DNA of 64,000 nucleotides from the NCBI GenBank assembly GCA_951406725.2, contig OX597816.1, forward strand, positions 52,762,001 through 52,826,000, written 5' to 3'. The translations under genes and the position numbers were made by a program. This DNA comes from Octopus vulgaris (lineage: Eukaryota). The notes beneath the pieces are model-generated. The model was not told where the DNA came from. It saw only the letters and a list, made by a program, of their open reading frames with translations, and made no database searches. Shown here piece after piece: positions 63,099-64,000 of this stretch; position 1 is the first letter of the stretch, and every line of letters starts with the position of its first letter.

Positions 63099-64000
63099 CT
63101 TTTTCACTTCACGAGCATTATACTAATACAAATGTTTGTTGTTTACACCACCTGTCTTCGTCTTTTGTTTTTTTGTGAATTCTCCCTATATACATACATA
63201 CATACATACATACATACATACATACATACATACATACAAACATGCATACACATGACAGACTTGCTACATTTTTCACCAACTGAATTCACACAGAAGGTAT
63301 GGGCCAGCCCAGGGTTATAGGAGTCATTTTGCTCCAGGTTGTGCAGTGTGACGGAATCAAAAAACACACGGTTGAAAAGCAAACTTCTTAACTATAGAAC
63401 AATGCTTGTGCCTGTGGCAAATTCCGGAGAGTGAGCCTCAATGCTGAAAAGCTTTTATTTTCAAGAAGACTGAACAATGAAGAGAACGATGGTTGCCGGG
63501 TGCATCAACAGAGACCTTTATATTAAACAATATACTGGCTAATTTTAGCAAATCTTTACATGGATATTCATAATCATTATCTGTAATTGAGTTACTGATG
63601 AAAAAAACAAAAAAAAAAAACAAATTGAATTTTAGTTAAGAACTTTATAAAAAAAAATATAAATGTACAAATGAAAAATATTCATCAAAAACATTTTGTA
63701 TTATTTCTGCAGGTGTTTTCTAACTATCCTTGATGGTTTCCAATAGAAACAAAAAGGAAAAGACACTTGTGTTTGTTTTACTGATGAGGCAGCAAAGAAT
63801 ATTTCCTATTTTGATATGACAACTGGAATATTAAGTTACCTTACTCAAAAAATAAACTAAACAGTGAGAAAGCTTCTAAAGATTTACACATTATACTCAA
63901 AATAGCAGCCAAATTTACCTCCTAGAAAAGGAGTTTAAAAAGAACACACACTAGAAGTTGTAGTTTTCAATATACTGTGTCTGAAAACAGTTTAGATGTT

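Overview
AT-rich, repeat-saturated animal genomic DNA. The SINE, RTE-LINE and microsatellite complement points to a coleoid cephalopod (Octopus-like), which is an inference. The only convincing host coding sequence is one 117-nt minus-strand exon (19938-20054) encoding a WW-domain segment that matches the N-terminus of FRMPD4/Preso, so the window is probably mostly long introns of that gene. The rest is nested mobile DNA. It includes several modular tRNA-derived SINE families (labelled A, C/C2, D and E here; the labels are mine), 5'-truncated RTE LINEs, a decayed Tc1/mariner-superfamily transposase, TTAA piggyBac-type MITEs, three non-autonomous Helitrons, a foldback element with a telomere-like core, and a 5S rRNA fragment. 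Three observations stand out. (1) A tRNA-headed element carries a minimal hammerhead-ribozyme motif, and a second copy shows a Penelope-style inverted+direct structure. (2) SINE-C dimers have a second unit that always starts at the apex of the head hairpin. (3) The RTE 3' UTR contains tandem pseudoknot-like modules. Most ORFs in the supplied track are microsatellite or SINE artefacts. Boundaries of degenerate repeats are approximate, and no database search was run.
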